Of a DNA stretch of 64,000 nt, positions 19,112 to 28,778 are shown piece by piece. How positions within the stretch are numbered: the stretch's first letter is position 1; every line of letters starts with the position of its first letter. The translations under genes were made by a program, and so were the position numbers. Origin of the DNA: Patescibacteria group bacterium (lineage in GTDB: Bacteria; Patescibacteriota; Microgenomatia; UBA1400; PJMF01). Below the pieces are notes generated by a model that was not told the DNA's origin, ran no database searches, and saw only the letters and a list, made by a program, of their open reading frames with translations. The DNA lies in contig JBDTME010000007.1 in the NCBI GenBank assembly GCA_039934415.1, positions 3,955 through 67,954 on the forward strand, in the 5' to 3' direction.

Positions 19112-19765
19112 ATGAAAAAAAGTACGCTGCTGACTGGTTTAGTGCTTGGTTCAATTGTGTTAGCGGGATGCAAAGCACAAACGCCAACAACTACTGATAA
19201 CACTCCCACTGACTCAACAAAAGGTGGATCAACAACTGACAAGATGAAATCTTGGGCTGACGCGGTAAAAATCGGGGGTGGATTGAAATGCACTATGACT
19301 GATAACAAAACAAGTAAAACCGTTAATTACTTGGCTAAAGGCAGAAAAACTCACATGTCTGGGCAAGGCTTGGCCAGTAGCGACGCAAAATCTTCAAGTG
19401 AGATTATCATGGACGGCGAGTTCGTCTATATGTGGGATACCACCAAAAAAGAAGGCGTCAAAATGACGATGCCTACTGAAGAGGAAATCAAAGCAGCACA
19501 AAATGCGAACAACAATCTCAAGGATGTGCCTGACACACTCGATTTTTCAAACCCCGATACGATGAAGAAATTTGAAGATGAGAATACCAATGTCGACTGT
19601 TCCCCGGCTATTATCAGTGATGCTGAGTTTGTTCCACCAACTGAAGTAAAATTTCAGGACTTCAGTGCCATGATGAAAAACTCCATGCAAAAAGTACAAG
19701 AAGGCATGAGTGACAGTCAGAAAAAAGAAGTTCAAGACGCAATGAAACAATACAGCAATCAGTAG
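19112..19765 (+). CDS. Hypothetical lipoprotein
   Basis: Signal peptide with LAGC lipobox. Confidence 0.8.
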   Translation: MKKSTLLTGLVLGSIVLAGCKAQTPTTTDNTPTDSTKGGSTTDKMKSWADAVKIGGGLKCTMTDNKTSKTVNYLAKGRKTHMSGQGLASSDAKSSSEIIMDGEFVYMWDTTKKEGVKMTMPTEEEIKAAQNANNNLKDVPDTLDFSNPDTMKKFEDENTNVDCSPAIISDAEFVPPTEVKFQDFSAMMKNSMQKVQEGMSDSQKKEVQDAMKQYSNQ

Positions 19766-20307
19766 CCCGTGATCACCTGATCTACTGGCTGATCTCGTTC
19801 TTCAACGGGTACTTGTTCTAGTATCTGGAACGGAAAACATACTCCAATTCTGATAATTTTTTTGGGAGTGTCATGGAAAAATTTGTCGTAGAACCCTTTT
19901 CCTCTCCCCAATCGATTTCCCGCTTGATCAAAAGCCATCCCGGGAACCAAAATGACATCAAGAAGTGATGAGTCGATTGCTGGCAGTTGCGTTGCAGGTT
20001 CACGAATACCACGGTTTTCTTCAGTGAGTTGATCTTGGTTTTTAATTTGAACAAATTCCAAAATATTTTGAAAATTAACTCGGGGGAAATAAAAATCTAG
20101 CTTCAATTCTTCAAAGACAGGCCAGATAGATGGCTCACTCTGCAATGGCGCAAATAAACCAATTGTTCGCCATTTTTTTTCTCTAATTAATGTCATGAGC
20201 TGTGCAGAGATTTTTTTCGAAAAAGTATTCAATTCATTGATAGGACACTCTTTGATCAAACTTTTCATCCTCGCACGAACTTCGTTTTTTTGATGAGTAG
20301 TAGTCAT
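19759..20307 (-). CDS. 5-formyltetrahydrofolate cyclo-ligase
   Basis: DVILVPGMAFD..GNRLGRGKGFYDK, DQPVD. Confidence 0.95.
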   Translation of the reverse strand: MTTTHQKNEVRARMKSLIKECPINELNTFSKKISAQLMTLIREKKWRTIGLFAPLQSEPSIWPVFEELKLDFYFPRVNFQNILEFVQIKNQDQLTEENRGIREPATQLPAIDSSLLDVILVPGMAFDQAGNRLGRGKGFYDKFFHDTPKKIIRIGVCFPFQILEQVPVEERDQPVDQVITGY

Positions 20308-20325
20308 GATTATGCAAGAAAATGA

Positions 20326-20979
20326 TTAGTCAGCAATGATACGTAAACGTGCACCACTCAAGGTAGCAAGTTCACCGCTAGAAGATTTGAGTTGTACTAC
20401 GTAGATATGAGTTCCAGTTTCCAGAGTTACTTTCTGTGATTTCCAGGTTGCGGTTTGAGTATTATTAATTAAAGCAGAACTTGAAATCAACCCACCCGAT
20501 TCTGCATCAATAAGTTGTGCTTTGGCCTCACCTCCAATAATGGATAAAGCAGATTCAAAATAAACCGCTGACATACCAGGATATTTTTTGCTGTCTAGAG
20601 AAATTGTAGTCGATTGCACCGTTGTCCAATCTCGACTCACTGTCGAACCTTCTCCGAGATAAATGGTGTACTCTTTTTGCGTTTTTGAGGATGATGACTG
20701 AACTGTTGCACGAGTTGGAAACGGTTTGACTGAGGTAACACTCTTTTCCAATTCCTCTACTCGCCCAGTCAATCCATTTTGAGTCGTTTCTAGATCTGTC
20801 ACCCTAGTGTCGAGATTTGTTTTTTCAGTCTGTGGTTGTACTTTTATTGGTAAGTTATCTAATTGCTGGAGTTTTCTTAAACTCTGATGATCAAAATAAA
20901 AAAACACCCACATCCCCAACGCATTTACCAATAAAATGAGCAGACCAAACTTGAGCAGCAGTTTCGAAAAATGAGACAT
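20326..20979 (-). CDS. Hypothetical membrane-anchored protein (coiled coil plus beta-rich domain)
   Basis: N-terminal TM; TATACT 8 nt upstream of ATG. Confidence 0.75.
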   Translation of the reverse strand: MSHFSKLLLKFGLLILLVNALGMWVFFYFDHQSLRKLQQLDNLPIKVQPQTEKTNLDTRVTDLETTQNGLTGRVEELEKSVTSVKPFPTRATVQSSSSKTQKEYTIYLGEGSTVSRDWTTVQSTTISLDSKKYPGMSAVYFESALSIIGGEAKAQLIDAESGGLISSSALINNTQTATWKSQKVTLETGTHIYVVQLKSSSGELATLSGARLRIIAD

Positions 20980-21028
20980 TACTTTTCAGTATAGCAGAAG
21001 GAGTTGAGAGCTTGTTACCGATCGCAAC

Positions 21029-22459
21029 CTAACCTAACTTTTTAATTTTGACACCACCTGCAGCATCCAGCACTTGATATCCAAAGCGGGCGATTTGTTC
21101 GCGTAATCGGTCCGATTCGTCCCAATTTTTGGTTAACCTTGCTTGCTCACGTTGATCCAGCAACTGCTGAACTTCAGGTGCTAACTCCTCTTTTTTTATT
21201 TCAACTGTATCAGTAGATGCTAAATTACTAAGTCCGAGTCCTAATACTGTATCGAACTCTACTAGCAAATCGTACTTATCGATACTCGGTACATTTGATT
21301 TTAAAACCTCCCACATGACAGCAACAGCTTCGGGTGTTCTGAGGTCATCTTCGATATAACTGAAAAAACGTTGGCGGTATTCCGCGATTTGATTCACTTT
21401 TTCTTCGGATAACGCTACTCTATCAGTGTCATGTTTAAACTGAGTAATTTTGGAACTCAAGCTACTCCACGCTGTCTGGGCACCAACCACATTATCCCAA
21501 GTGAAATTCATTTCTGATCGGTAATGCGTCGATAGAAAAAGGAGTCGCAAAGCCATGGGATTGATGTTCTTTTTTATCACATCATCAATCGTAAAAAAGT
21601 TTCCCAAACTCTTGCTCATTTTCGTTCCGTCGACGTGAAGATGATTATGATGCACCCAATACCTAACAAACGGAACTTTACCAGTTGCAGCTTCTGCTTG
21701 TGCAATCTCGTTGGTGTGATGAACAGGAATGTGATCAATACCACCAGTGTGAACATCGAACTGCTCCCCTAAGTATTCCATTGCCATCGCCGAACACTCG
21801 ATGTGCCAACCAGGAAAAGTGCGTTTTCCCCAAGGACTCTCCCAAACCATAGCACGATTTTCGCCTGATCGTTCAAACTTCCAGAGTGCAAAATCAGTTG
21901 GGTTCTTTTTTCCCGGCACTGCTTCAACTCGGGCGCCTTCCATGAGTTGTTTGGGATCAAAACCTGCTAACTTTCCATAATCAGAAATTTTTGAAGTGTC
22001 AAAATAAACGCCGTCATTCTCGATAATATAAGTAAAACCTTTTTGCTCGAGTGTTTGAACAAGGGCAATCTGAGCAGGGATATGATCAGTCGCGCGGCAA
22101 CTAATATCTGGTCGCAAATTTCCCATTTTATCCATTGAATAAAAAAAGTACGCCTCAAACTCTTTTGCAATATCCCAGACTGATTTATTATATTTCTTGG
22201 CACCTTTTTCTAATTTATCTTCTCCCGTATCAGCATCAGAAGATAAGTGTCCGACATCTGTCACATTTTGGACAAACTTCACCTGATACCCTGCTCGTCG
22301 CAGCGTCCGAATCAGCACATCATCCATCGTATATTTACGCAAATGTCCCAAATGGGTATAGTCATACACCGTAAATCCACACGCATAAAAACCCACACTG
22401 GGTGCCGCGATAGGTTGAAATTCTTCGACTAGTCGAGAAAGCGTGTTGTAGAGTTTCAT
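21029..22459 (-). CDS. cysS: Cysteine--tRNA ligase
   Basis: YACG.TVYD..HLGH, DFALWK, PGWHIECSAM, KMSKS. Confidence 0.98.
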   Translation of the reverse strand: MKLYNTLSRLVEEFQPIAAPSVGFYACGFTVYDYTHLGHLRKYTMDDVLIRTLRRAGYQVKFVQNVTDVGHLSSDADTGEDKLEKGAKKYNKSVWDIAKEFEAYFFYSMDKMGNLRPDISCRATDHIPAQIALVQTLEQKGFTYIIENDGVYFDTSKISDYGKLAGFDPKQLMEGARVEAVPGKKNPTDFALWKFERSGENRAMVWESPWGKRTFPGWHIECSAMAMEYLGEQFDVHTGGIDHIPVHHTNEIAQAEAATGKVPFVRYWVHHNHLHVDGTKMSKSLGNFFTIDDVIKKNINPMALRLLFLSTHYRSEMNFTWDNVVGAQTAWSSLSSKITQFKHDTDRVALSEEKVNQIAEYRQRFFSYIEDDLRTPEAVAVMWEVLKSNVPSIDKYDLLVEFDTVLGLGLSNLASTDTVEIKKEELAPEVQQLLDQREQARLTKNWDESDRLREQIARFGYQVLDAAGGVKIKKLG

Positions 22460-22502
22460 ATACAAATGTGATTGTAACAAATAATGATAGTCCGTTTCTT
22501 AC

Positions 22503-22528
22503 AAAAAAAATCCGCCTCTTGGACGGAT
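22503..22528 (-). terminator. cysS attenuator terminator (3:4 hairpin)
   Basis: AUCCGUC-CAAGA-GGCGGAU followed by a U run. Confidence 0.85.
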
Positions 22529-22555
22529 CAAAAAACAAAAATTCCAAGAGATTTT

Positions 22556-22600
22556 TTAATCTTTGGAAGGACAACAACTGGAAAAATTGATTACTAGCAT
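22556..22600 (-). CDS. cysS leader peptide MLVINFSSCCPSKD
   Basis: TTGACA-16-TATGAT promoter, ATG 7 nt later, tandem TGT TGT, mutually exclusive hairpins downstream. Confidence 0.85.
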   Translation of the reverse strand: MLVINFSSCCPSKD

Positions 22601-22776
22601 TGGGAATATCATAAATGATCGGATTGAATTGTCAATCATTTTGTTACACATTTGAGAGGGGTACTCTGAAATTGAACACTCTTTGCCCCCGGGTACAATT
22701 CATACATGAAAAGGACTTGATTTAGCCTTCTTTTGTGGCTAATATATGGCCAATCATTACCGGGAAGGAACATCTT

Positions 22777-23016
22777 ATGTCTATAAATGGGTCTGAACCT
22801 CAACTGCGAATTGCCCTTTCTAATCAACTTCATGAGTTTTTGCGAGAAAAAAGTCAACAATTCGGATTGACGATGGCAGCGTATGTCAGAAATTTAATCA
22901 TTCAAGATTTGAAAGATGCGCAACGACCCATTTATCAAGCCCCTATCGATATTGATGAAAGTGTCAAAAAGAAAAAAAGGTTTTCAATAAAAGGTTTAAA
23001 AATGGTTGATGGCTAG
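22777..23016 (+). CDS. Ribbon-helix-helix-like small protein
   Basis: QLRIALSNQLHEFLREKSQQFGLTMAAYVRNLI pattern; GAAGGA SD. Confidence 0.6.
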   Translation: MSINGSEPQLRIALSNQLHEFLREKSQQFGLTMAAYVRNLIIQDLKDAQRPIYQAPIDIDESVKKKKRFSIKGLKMVDG

Positions 23017-23600
23017 CCGCTAGCGCCACCCATACCTTTGCGATCTTGTTGCATTTTATCAAGTGCGGCTTGACCACTCAGTTTTCCTTGTGGGACAAAG
23101 CTCTGACTCTGCTGGGCTTTTTGTTGGGCTTGTTGTTCTTTCTTTTGTTTTGCCATCTCATTTTCAGCTTCCTTACGTTGTTTCTCAGCCTGAATGCGCT
23201 GGTTGGCCACAGCCTGCTGATCAGCTGTTAATCGCTGCCAGCCCTGATGAAATTGTTGTAGTTTAGATTGCTCTTCAGGATCTTTAGGCGGACGACCGAG
23301 TCCCAACATTTCTAGAATACTTTGAGGAATTGATACAAGACTCTCTGCAACATCGCTGGCGGCCATTTTCAGTTCTTCAGTTGGCGATCCCAAATCGCGT
23401 GGAGTATGTTGAGGCTGAAAACCTTGCTGTGAAGGAGTCATGCCGGTCTGTTGACCGAGTGTTTGACCTGATTGGGCTGGTGCCTGAGTAATACTCGTTT
23501 TCTGCTGTTGAGCTTGTTGTGCAAAACCAGCTTCCATCATAGAAGCGACATCGGGTGGTACCATGCCCGGCATTGAACCTGGAGGCGGACGATTGACCAT
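23013..23600 (-). CDS. Hypothetical Gln/Pro-rich protein
   Basis: Long low-complexity ORF with coiled-coil C-terminus. Confidence 0.7.
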   Translation of the reverse strand: MVNRPPPGSMPGMVPPDVASMMEAGFAQQAQQQKTSITQAPAQSGQTLGQQTGMTPSQQGFQPQHTPRDLGSPTEELKMAASDVAESLVSIPQSILEMLGLGRPPKDPEEQSKLQQFHQGWQRLTADQQAVANQRIQAEKQRKEAENEMAKQKKEQQAQQKAQQSQSFVPQGKLSGQAALDKMQQDRKGMGGASG

Positions 23601-23625
23601 AGATCAGTAATTGAAAATAAAAAAA

Positions 23626-24111
23626 CTATTTATTGATTTTCTTGTGCTCTAACTGGCGAATTTCGAAAGGACTCACAATCTTATTAGCATCGATCTGTTG
23701 CTGGCGAATCATGTCGCGCTTCTTTTGTTCATCAGATTCAGTCTCTGTCATCATTTTTTTCCGAGCGTCTTCAATCATGCTTTGTTTTTCTGCTTCTTGT
23801 TGTTTGACTTGTTCAAGCTCTTCAAGACTTGGTCCTTGTTCAACAGCTGGTGTTTCGTTTTTCTTTTCTTCCTTACTTAAAATTTCTTCCAAGATGTCCA
23901 ATGGACTTCGTTGAGCAGGAGTGGCTGGAACAGGTTGGGTGAGATCATCCGGTCCATTAGCCAACGGTTGATCTGATTGAGGCGTGTCGTCATTTTTAAA
24001 TAAATCTTGAACAGCTGCAGCTTGAGCAACCACCTCATCCACGGAAGACGAGGCTTGTACATCAGATACTGTTTGTGGATCTACTGTGATTGGGGTTACG
24101 TCGTCGTTCAT
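23626..24111 (-). CDS. Hypothetical acidic, probably disordered protein
   Basis: ORF with TACAAT 6 nt upstream. Confidence 0.7.
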   Translation of the reverse strand: MNDDVTPITVDPQTVSDVQASSSVDEVVAQAAAVQDLFKNDDTPQSDQPLANGPDDLTQPVPATPAQRSPLDILEEILSKEEKKNETPAVEQGPSLEELEQVKQQEAEKQSMIEDARKKMMTETESDEQKKRDMIRQQQIDANKIVSPFEIRQLEHKKINK

Positions 24112-24138
24112 GCCTCGATTGTACTGTGAGTCACTCCA

Positions 24139-26595
24139 TTAGTGAAGTCTTTGCTTCCAACTCCAGATCCACTTTATCACTTCTACGACCAACAAAATTA
24201 TTGCTGATGAAGAAAAGACAATGACCCATTCTTCTAGTGTGAGTGGTCTTGTCTCAAACCAGCGTTGGAAAAATGGTACATACAATGCGACGAGTTGAAA
24301 GAGAAAACCAATCACTACAGCAACGACTAGCCAAATGTTTTTGAAAATGCCTTCTTCCCAGATTGATTTACGCAAACTTCTCGATGAAAAGACATAAAAT
24401 AGTGAATCGACACCGAGCATTGTAAAGGCGATGGTCCTGGCTTCAGTCAAGCTGCCAGTTGTCATGTATACCCAGTAGTACGCTCCTAACACGAACGCGC
24501 CAGTCACAATAGAAATTGCGGCAATTAACACGGTCATTTCACCATCAATTAAAGGTGTGCTTCTCTTTCTCGGCTGTTCATAAAACAACTCTTTGCCATT
24601 GGGATCTACTGTCAGTGCTAAGTTAGGTAATCCATCATCAATCAAATTGACCCACAAAATCTGAGCCGCTGTCACAGGTAGCGGTAAACCCAACACTACG
24701 GCTCCCATCACTAGAATTATTTCAGTAAAAGAGTCAGACAACAAATATAAAATGACTTTGCGCAAATTTTCAAAAATGCCTCTGCCTTCTTCCACCGCTT
24801 CAATGATTGTTCGAAAATCATCATCGAGCAGCACCATGTCAGCAGTGTCTTTGCTCACATCAGATGCAGAACTCACTACAATTCCGATGTCTGCCCGCTT
24901 CAAGGCAGGTGCATCATTAACACCGTCTCCCGTCATTGCCACTACTTCTCCAAGCTCTTGCAAAACCTGAACAATGATTAATTTTTGGTCTGGTGAGGTG
25001 CGGGCAAATAACTTAGTTTGCGGGATGCGTTCTTTGAGCTGCAACTGTGACATTGCTTTTAAATCACTGCCCAACATCACCTCACTTGGTTTTACAGAAA
25101 GTTTCAGCTCGCGCATGACTGATCGGGCTGTTTCCGCGTAATCCCCTGTAATGACTTTGATGGATATGCCCGCTTCTTTAGCAAGCTCGAACACTTCAGT
25201 TAAACCAGTCCTCACTTCATCTCGAAATACAAAGCATCCAGCCCACTCCATTCCGTCTATGCTATTGAGAACAATTTGCCCTTCGCCCTTTTTTACTTTA
25301 CGAGTGGCTGCACCAACTACGCGATAACCTTGGGTCGTAAAGATTTTGATGGCTTGTTCAATGACTGGTCTATCGATTTTTTTGCAGATTTTAAATAATG
25401 CTTCTGGAGCTCCTAACACGATCATTAGTTCATCACTCATTCGTACCGAAAATTTTCTATCAGCAGAAAAAGGTACTTCGTCAATGATGGGTGGAACTTT
25501 TAAATGCATCGCGTGCTCATCGGCCCATAATCGAATTGCAATTTCCAGCGGATCACTACCACTGATGACACTTCGAGCAATTTCATGCATGAGTGCTTTT
25601 CGATCTGATTCAATATGAAAAACGGTTAACTCACCTTTGGTCAGAGTACCTGTTTTATCTGTACAAATGACGCTCACACTCCCCAGTGTTTCAGCTGCTA
25701 CTAATTTTCTAACTAAGGCTTTCTTTTTCAAAATCCTCTGCATGCCAATCGCTAGAATGGCGGTTAAAGAAATGACTAGTCCCTCAGGAATCGAAGAGAC
25801 AGCAACTGCGACTGATAATGTAAACATCTCTTTCAGTTCCCTACCATAAAGTATGCCTAAGAAAAAAATCAGACATGAAGCGAGGACGACGAGTACAGTC
25901 AGTTTTTTACTAAATGATTGCAACTTATTTTGCAAGGGAGTTTCTATCTCAGTGGTCGTTTGTAGACTGGTAGAGATCCCACCTAATACGGTGTGTGTTC
26001 CGGTAGAAATAACTTTCATGACTGCTTTACCAGAGCTGAGTGTGGTACCCATATACCCGAAGTGTACGGCGTTTGCGTCTTGAGAAGACGGGATAACACT
26101 CATTGTTTCAGCATTGGCCAACACTTTTTTCTCAACTGGTAAACTTTCCCCAGTTAAAACTGCCTCATTCACGCTCACTTCCTTGGCATGAAGCCACACT
26201 CCATCTGCAGGAATTTGTTCACCAGCTTCGAGATGAACAACATCACCTGGTACCACTTCTTCTATAGAAATATTTCTGATCCCCCCGTCTCGAACCACAG
26301 TCACTCTTCTCGGCAAAACTTTTGCCAGTGATTCCAATGCATTCTGTGCCTTGTATTCCTGAACGAAACCAAGTGCTGCATTGACAAGAACAGCCAGCAA
26401 AATCACTGACATATCCACGTACTCTCGCAAAACCAAAGTAATGAATGCTGCAATCAGTAAAACATAGATTAGAGGTGAACTAAATTGCGAAAAAATCAAA
26501 TGAAGCAACGAAAATGACCGACTACTCGCCAACACATTCTGGCCGTATTCTTCCAGATGAGTCTGGGCTTGTTTGGATGACAATCCTGAATACAT
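24139..26595 (-). CDS. Cation-transporting P-type ATPase (Ca2+-type, IIA-like)
   Basis: TGES, PEGL, DKTGT, TGDGVNDAPAL, QILWVNL motifs. Confidence 0.96.
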   Translation of the reverse strand: MYSGLSSKQAQTHLEEYGQNVLASSRSFSLLHLIFSQFSSPLIYVLLIAAFITLVLREYVDMSVILLAVLVNAALGFVQEYKAQNALESLAKVLPRRVTVVRDGGIRNISIEEVVPGDVVHLEAGEQIPADGVWLHAKEVSVNEAVLTGESLPVEKKVLANAETMSVIPSSQDANAVHFGYMGTTLSSGKAVMKVISTGTHTVLGGISTSLQTTTEIETPLQNKLQSFSKKLTVLVVLASCLIFFLGILYGRELKEMFTLSVAVAVSSIPEGLVISLTAILAIGMQRILKKKALVRKLVAAETLGSVSVICTDKTGTLTKGELTVFHIESDRKALMHEIARSVISGSDPLEIAIRLWADEHAMHLKVPPIIDEVPFSADRKFSVRMSDELMIVLGAPEALFKICKKIDRPVIEQAIKIFTTQGYRVVGAATRKVKKGEGQIVLNSIDGMEWAGCFVFRDEVRTGLTEVFELAKEAGISIKVITGDYAETARSVMRELKLSVKPSEVMLGSDLKAMSQLQLKERIPQTKLFARTSPDQKLIIVQVLQELGEVVAMTGDGVNDAPALKRADIGIVVSSASDVSKDTADMVLLDDDFRTIIEAVEEGRGIFENLRKVILYLLSDSFTEIILVMGAVVLGLPLPVTAAQILWVNLIDDGLPNLALTVDPNGKELFYEQPRKRSTPLIDGEMTVLIAAISIVTGAFVLGAYYWVYMTTGSLTEARTIAFTMLGVDSLFYVFSSRSLRKSIWEEGIFKNIWLVVAVVIGFLFQLVALYVPFFQRWFETRPLTLEEWVIVFSSSAIILLVVEVIKWIWSWKQRLH

Positions 26596-26691
26596 AAAGT
26601 TAATCATAACAGAAAAGGAAAAGTGATGATCATTGGTTGAAAAAAACACTAAATCTGGTATGATTTACCCAACACAGACACAAGGAGATAT

Positions 26692-26871
26692 ATGACACTC
26701 GAAAACCAAGACTTAACACCAGATTTGCATTCTAAGCTAGTAGATATGTCAACTCAAACTGAAGTTGACTTGAACAACGAGAATCAAGTTCCTCAAGAAG
26801 CTCTAATACTCGCTCATGATGCTGCGGCTGCAGTTGATGCTTTCTTTGAGACACTACGCCAAGCTCAATAA
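26692..26871 (+). CDS. Unannotated 59-aa acidic small protein
   Basis: MTLENQDLTPDLHSKLV...FFETLRQAQ; AAGGAG SD and TTGAAA-16-TATGAT promoter; below ORF-track cutoff. Confidence 0.7.
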   Translation: MTLENQDLTPDLHSKLVDMSTQTEVDLNNENQVPQEALILAHDAAAAVDAFFETLRQAQ

Positions 26872-26873
26872 AT

Positions 26874-27638
26874 TCATTCCTGTTTTAAAAGTTTTTCCGC
26901 TTGTTTTGGACGTTGTACGCCAATTTCTGAAGCCAATAATCTACAAAATGTTAGTCTAAAACTTGCTGCCCCACTGACCTTTCCAGTCGACTCTTCTACC
27001 GTATCTGCAAAAACGTTCGGGACTCCAAATGAAATTGCCAGGTTTATAAACTTACCCCGATTATTGTAAATTTCCAAGTTCTGATAAACATCTTTGTATA
27101 ACTTTTCTAGAAGTATTGTTAATTCAGATAATTTTACAATTCCTGGATTGATCACCTCATCTTTTTCAGTAGAATAATCTTTAATTATCAGTTTTAAGCC
27201 ATCTAAAAACTTTCTCGCTGTTTTTGACTGAGTTACTACTTCGGTAACAGCTTCACCCAAGTTTTTTTTCTCATTCGTTGGTTCGATCATCATTACAGCC
27301 GTCTCTTCTCCTGAAGTTTCTGTTATTTGCTCTCTACCGTTATGATCGGCACTCGCGCCGTTTCTATTCGGGGTTAAATCTGGTGAATTATTCATTTCAT
27401 TTTTGATTAAAGCAATTGGCTTTGGTTCAAAGACTCCAAAATTTGAATTTAGATAAAGAAAATGAAGCGGACACATCATACTCGTATGTCCTTCAAAGCT
27501 GTTACACCCACCTACTGCCCGAGTTTGACACATCCAACAATGTTCCACATTATCCGCATGAGGTTCAGTTTGTTGCTGCAAATCAAGATGAGGACGATGT
27601 AGATCGTCGGCATATTTTGGATTAAGTTCGATTGACAT
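26874..27638 (-). CDS. Hypothetical protein with N-terminal Cys/His cluster
   Basis: HCWMC...C.....H....CPLH. Confidence 0.65.
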   Translation of the reverse strand: MSIELNPKYADDLHRPHLDLQQQTEPHADNVEHCWMCQTRAVGGCNSFEGHTSMMCPLHFLYLNSNFGVFEPKPIALIKNEMNNSPDLTPNRNGASADHNGREQITETSGEETAVMMIEPTNEKKNLGEAVTEVVTQSKTARKFLDGLKLIIKDYSTEKDEVINPGIVKLSELTILLEKLYKDVYQNLEIYNNRGKFINLAISFGVPNVFADTVEESTGKVSGAASFRLTFCRLLASEIGVQRPKQAEKLLKQE

Positions 27639-27756
27639 ACTCTAAAAAAGAAAACTCCCAGACTTTTATCTAGGAGAAAAACATGGATTATCCTATCATC
27701 ATGGATTTGTTTTTTAAAGAGAGGAAAAAAGACCTTTAAAAAATACGATTTTAAAA

Positions 27757-28368
27757 TCAAGTATTATGTATTCGTGGAGGTGATGGCTGCCGCGCAAGCT
27801 TTAGAAGAGTTGCGGTAATATTAATTATTCGTACTTTCCTTTGATCAGCAAAACGAGGTTCATTGAGGTCTTCTTCATCTACAGGCCCATCCGCAAGATA
27901 TGGCAAACGCAATTCAGGATATTGAGGGATAGAAAAGTTGGGATGATCCTCAGCAAACGTTAAATTTAAAACCATAAGACTAATCATGTACTCAATACCA
28001 TCATTTTCATCTGGAAAGACTTTTTCTAACAAGACTGTGATAAACGCTTCTAATTCCGTAATATTTTTAAGCTGATCCATAACAACGGGACTTACTTCAA
28101 CAATCAATTTTGGGTCTGCAACATTCCTTTCGAGTGGTGCTGTTGCTTGAACTTTTGGCTCAGAAATTTGGTCTTCTGCTGGGATAGCTGGTATCGCATC
28201 TTGATTCTCAGCATCTGGTAACGGTCGAGGCCCCATTGCCGGAAAACTCTGAGTGCGTCGGGTGTATTCATTATCTGGAATGAGATCTTCTCTCGGTACA
28301 CCTATATCAAATTGATCCTGTTCATTTGATCTTGGTAACTCATGAAGTTGTTCCTGCGGTGCACTCAT
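27757..28368 (-). CDS. Hypothetical acidic Pro-rich protein
   Basis: ORF with AAGGAGG SD. Confidence 0.75.
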   Translation of the reverse strand: MSAPQEQLHELPRSNEQDQFDIGVPREDLIPDNEYTRRTQSFPAMGPRPLPDAENQDAIPAIPAEDQISEPKVQATAPLERNVADPKLIVEVSPVVMDQLKNITELEAFITVLLEKVFPDENDGIEYMISLMVLNLTFAEDHPNFSIPQYPELRLPYLADGPVDEEDLNEPRFADQRKVRIINITATLLKLARQPSPPRIHNT

Positions 28369-28424
28369 ATTTCCTCCTTCAACTCAAAAAACAATTTTCA
28401 ATATGAGTATACCCCTTTACGTCT

Positions 28425-28778
28425 CTAGCCAGAAATCGGCAAGAGAGATGAGCGTCGGTGAATTCGACGTGCGCGTCGATCTATCCACTTCTCTTTTCTT
28501 TTTCGCAGGGACAGACTGGCGTCTTTCATTGCTTCCGAAACTGCCAAGTACAGATCATGTGCTTTTGATTTCGTGACCACGTCTTTCCCTGGAATCATCA
28601 CGTGTACTTGAGCACTCGCCTCTTGTTCTACTCCAGCCTTTGTTCTTACAGTTTCCAAAAACACATTGACAGCAGTAACTTTGTGGGAAAACTTACCGAG
28701 CTTGAGCACCTGTTTCATCACATACTGGCGCAAGCCGTCCGTGATCTTTAGGGTTTTAGAATGAACAAGAATGTTCAT
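28425..28778 (-). CDS. hpf: Ribosome hibernation factor HPF/RaiA (short form)
   Basis: MNI....LKITDGLRQYV..., DLYLAV; AAGGAGG SD. Confidence 0.9.
   Translation of the reverse strand: MNILVHSKTLKITDGLRQYVMKQVLKLGKFSHKVTAVNVFLETVRTKAGVEQEASAQVHVMIPGKDVVTKSKAHDLYLAVSEAMKDASLSLRKRKEKWIDRRARRIHRRSSLLPISG

Noticed and set aside
22362-22577. 71-aa minus-strand ORF over the cysS leader
   Set aside because: Non-ATG start, out of frame with cysS and overlapping it; the 14-aa leader explains the region better
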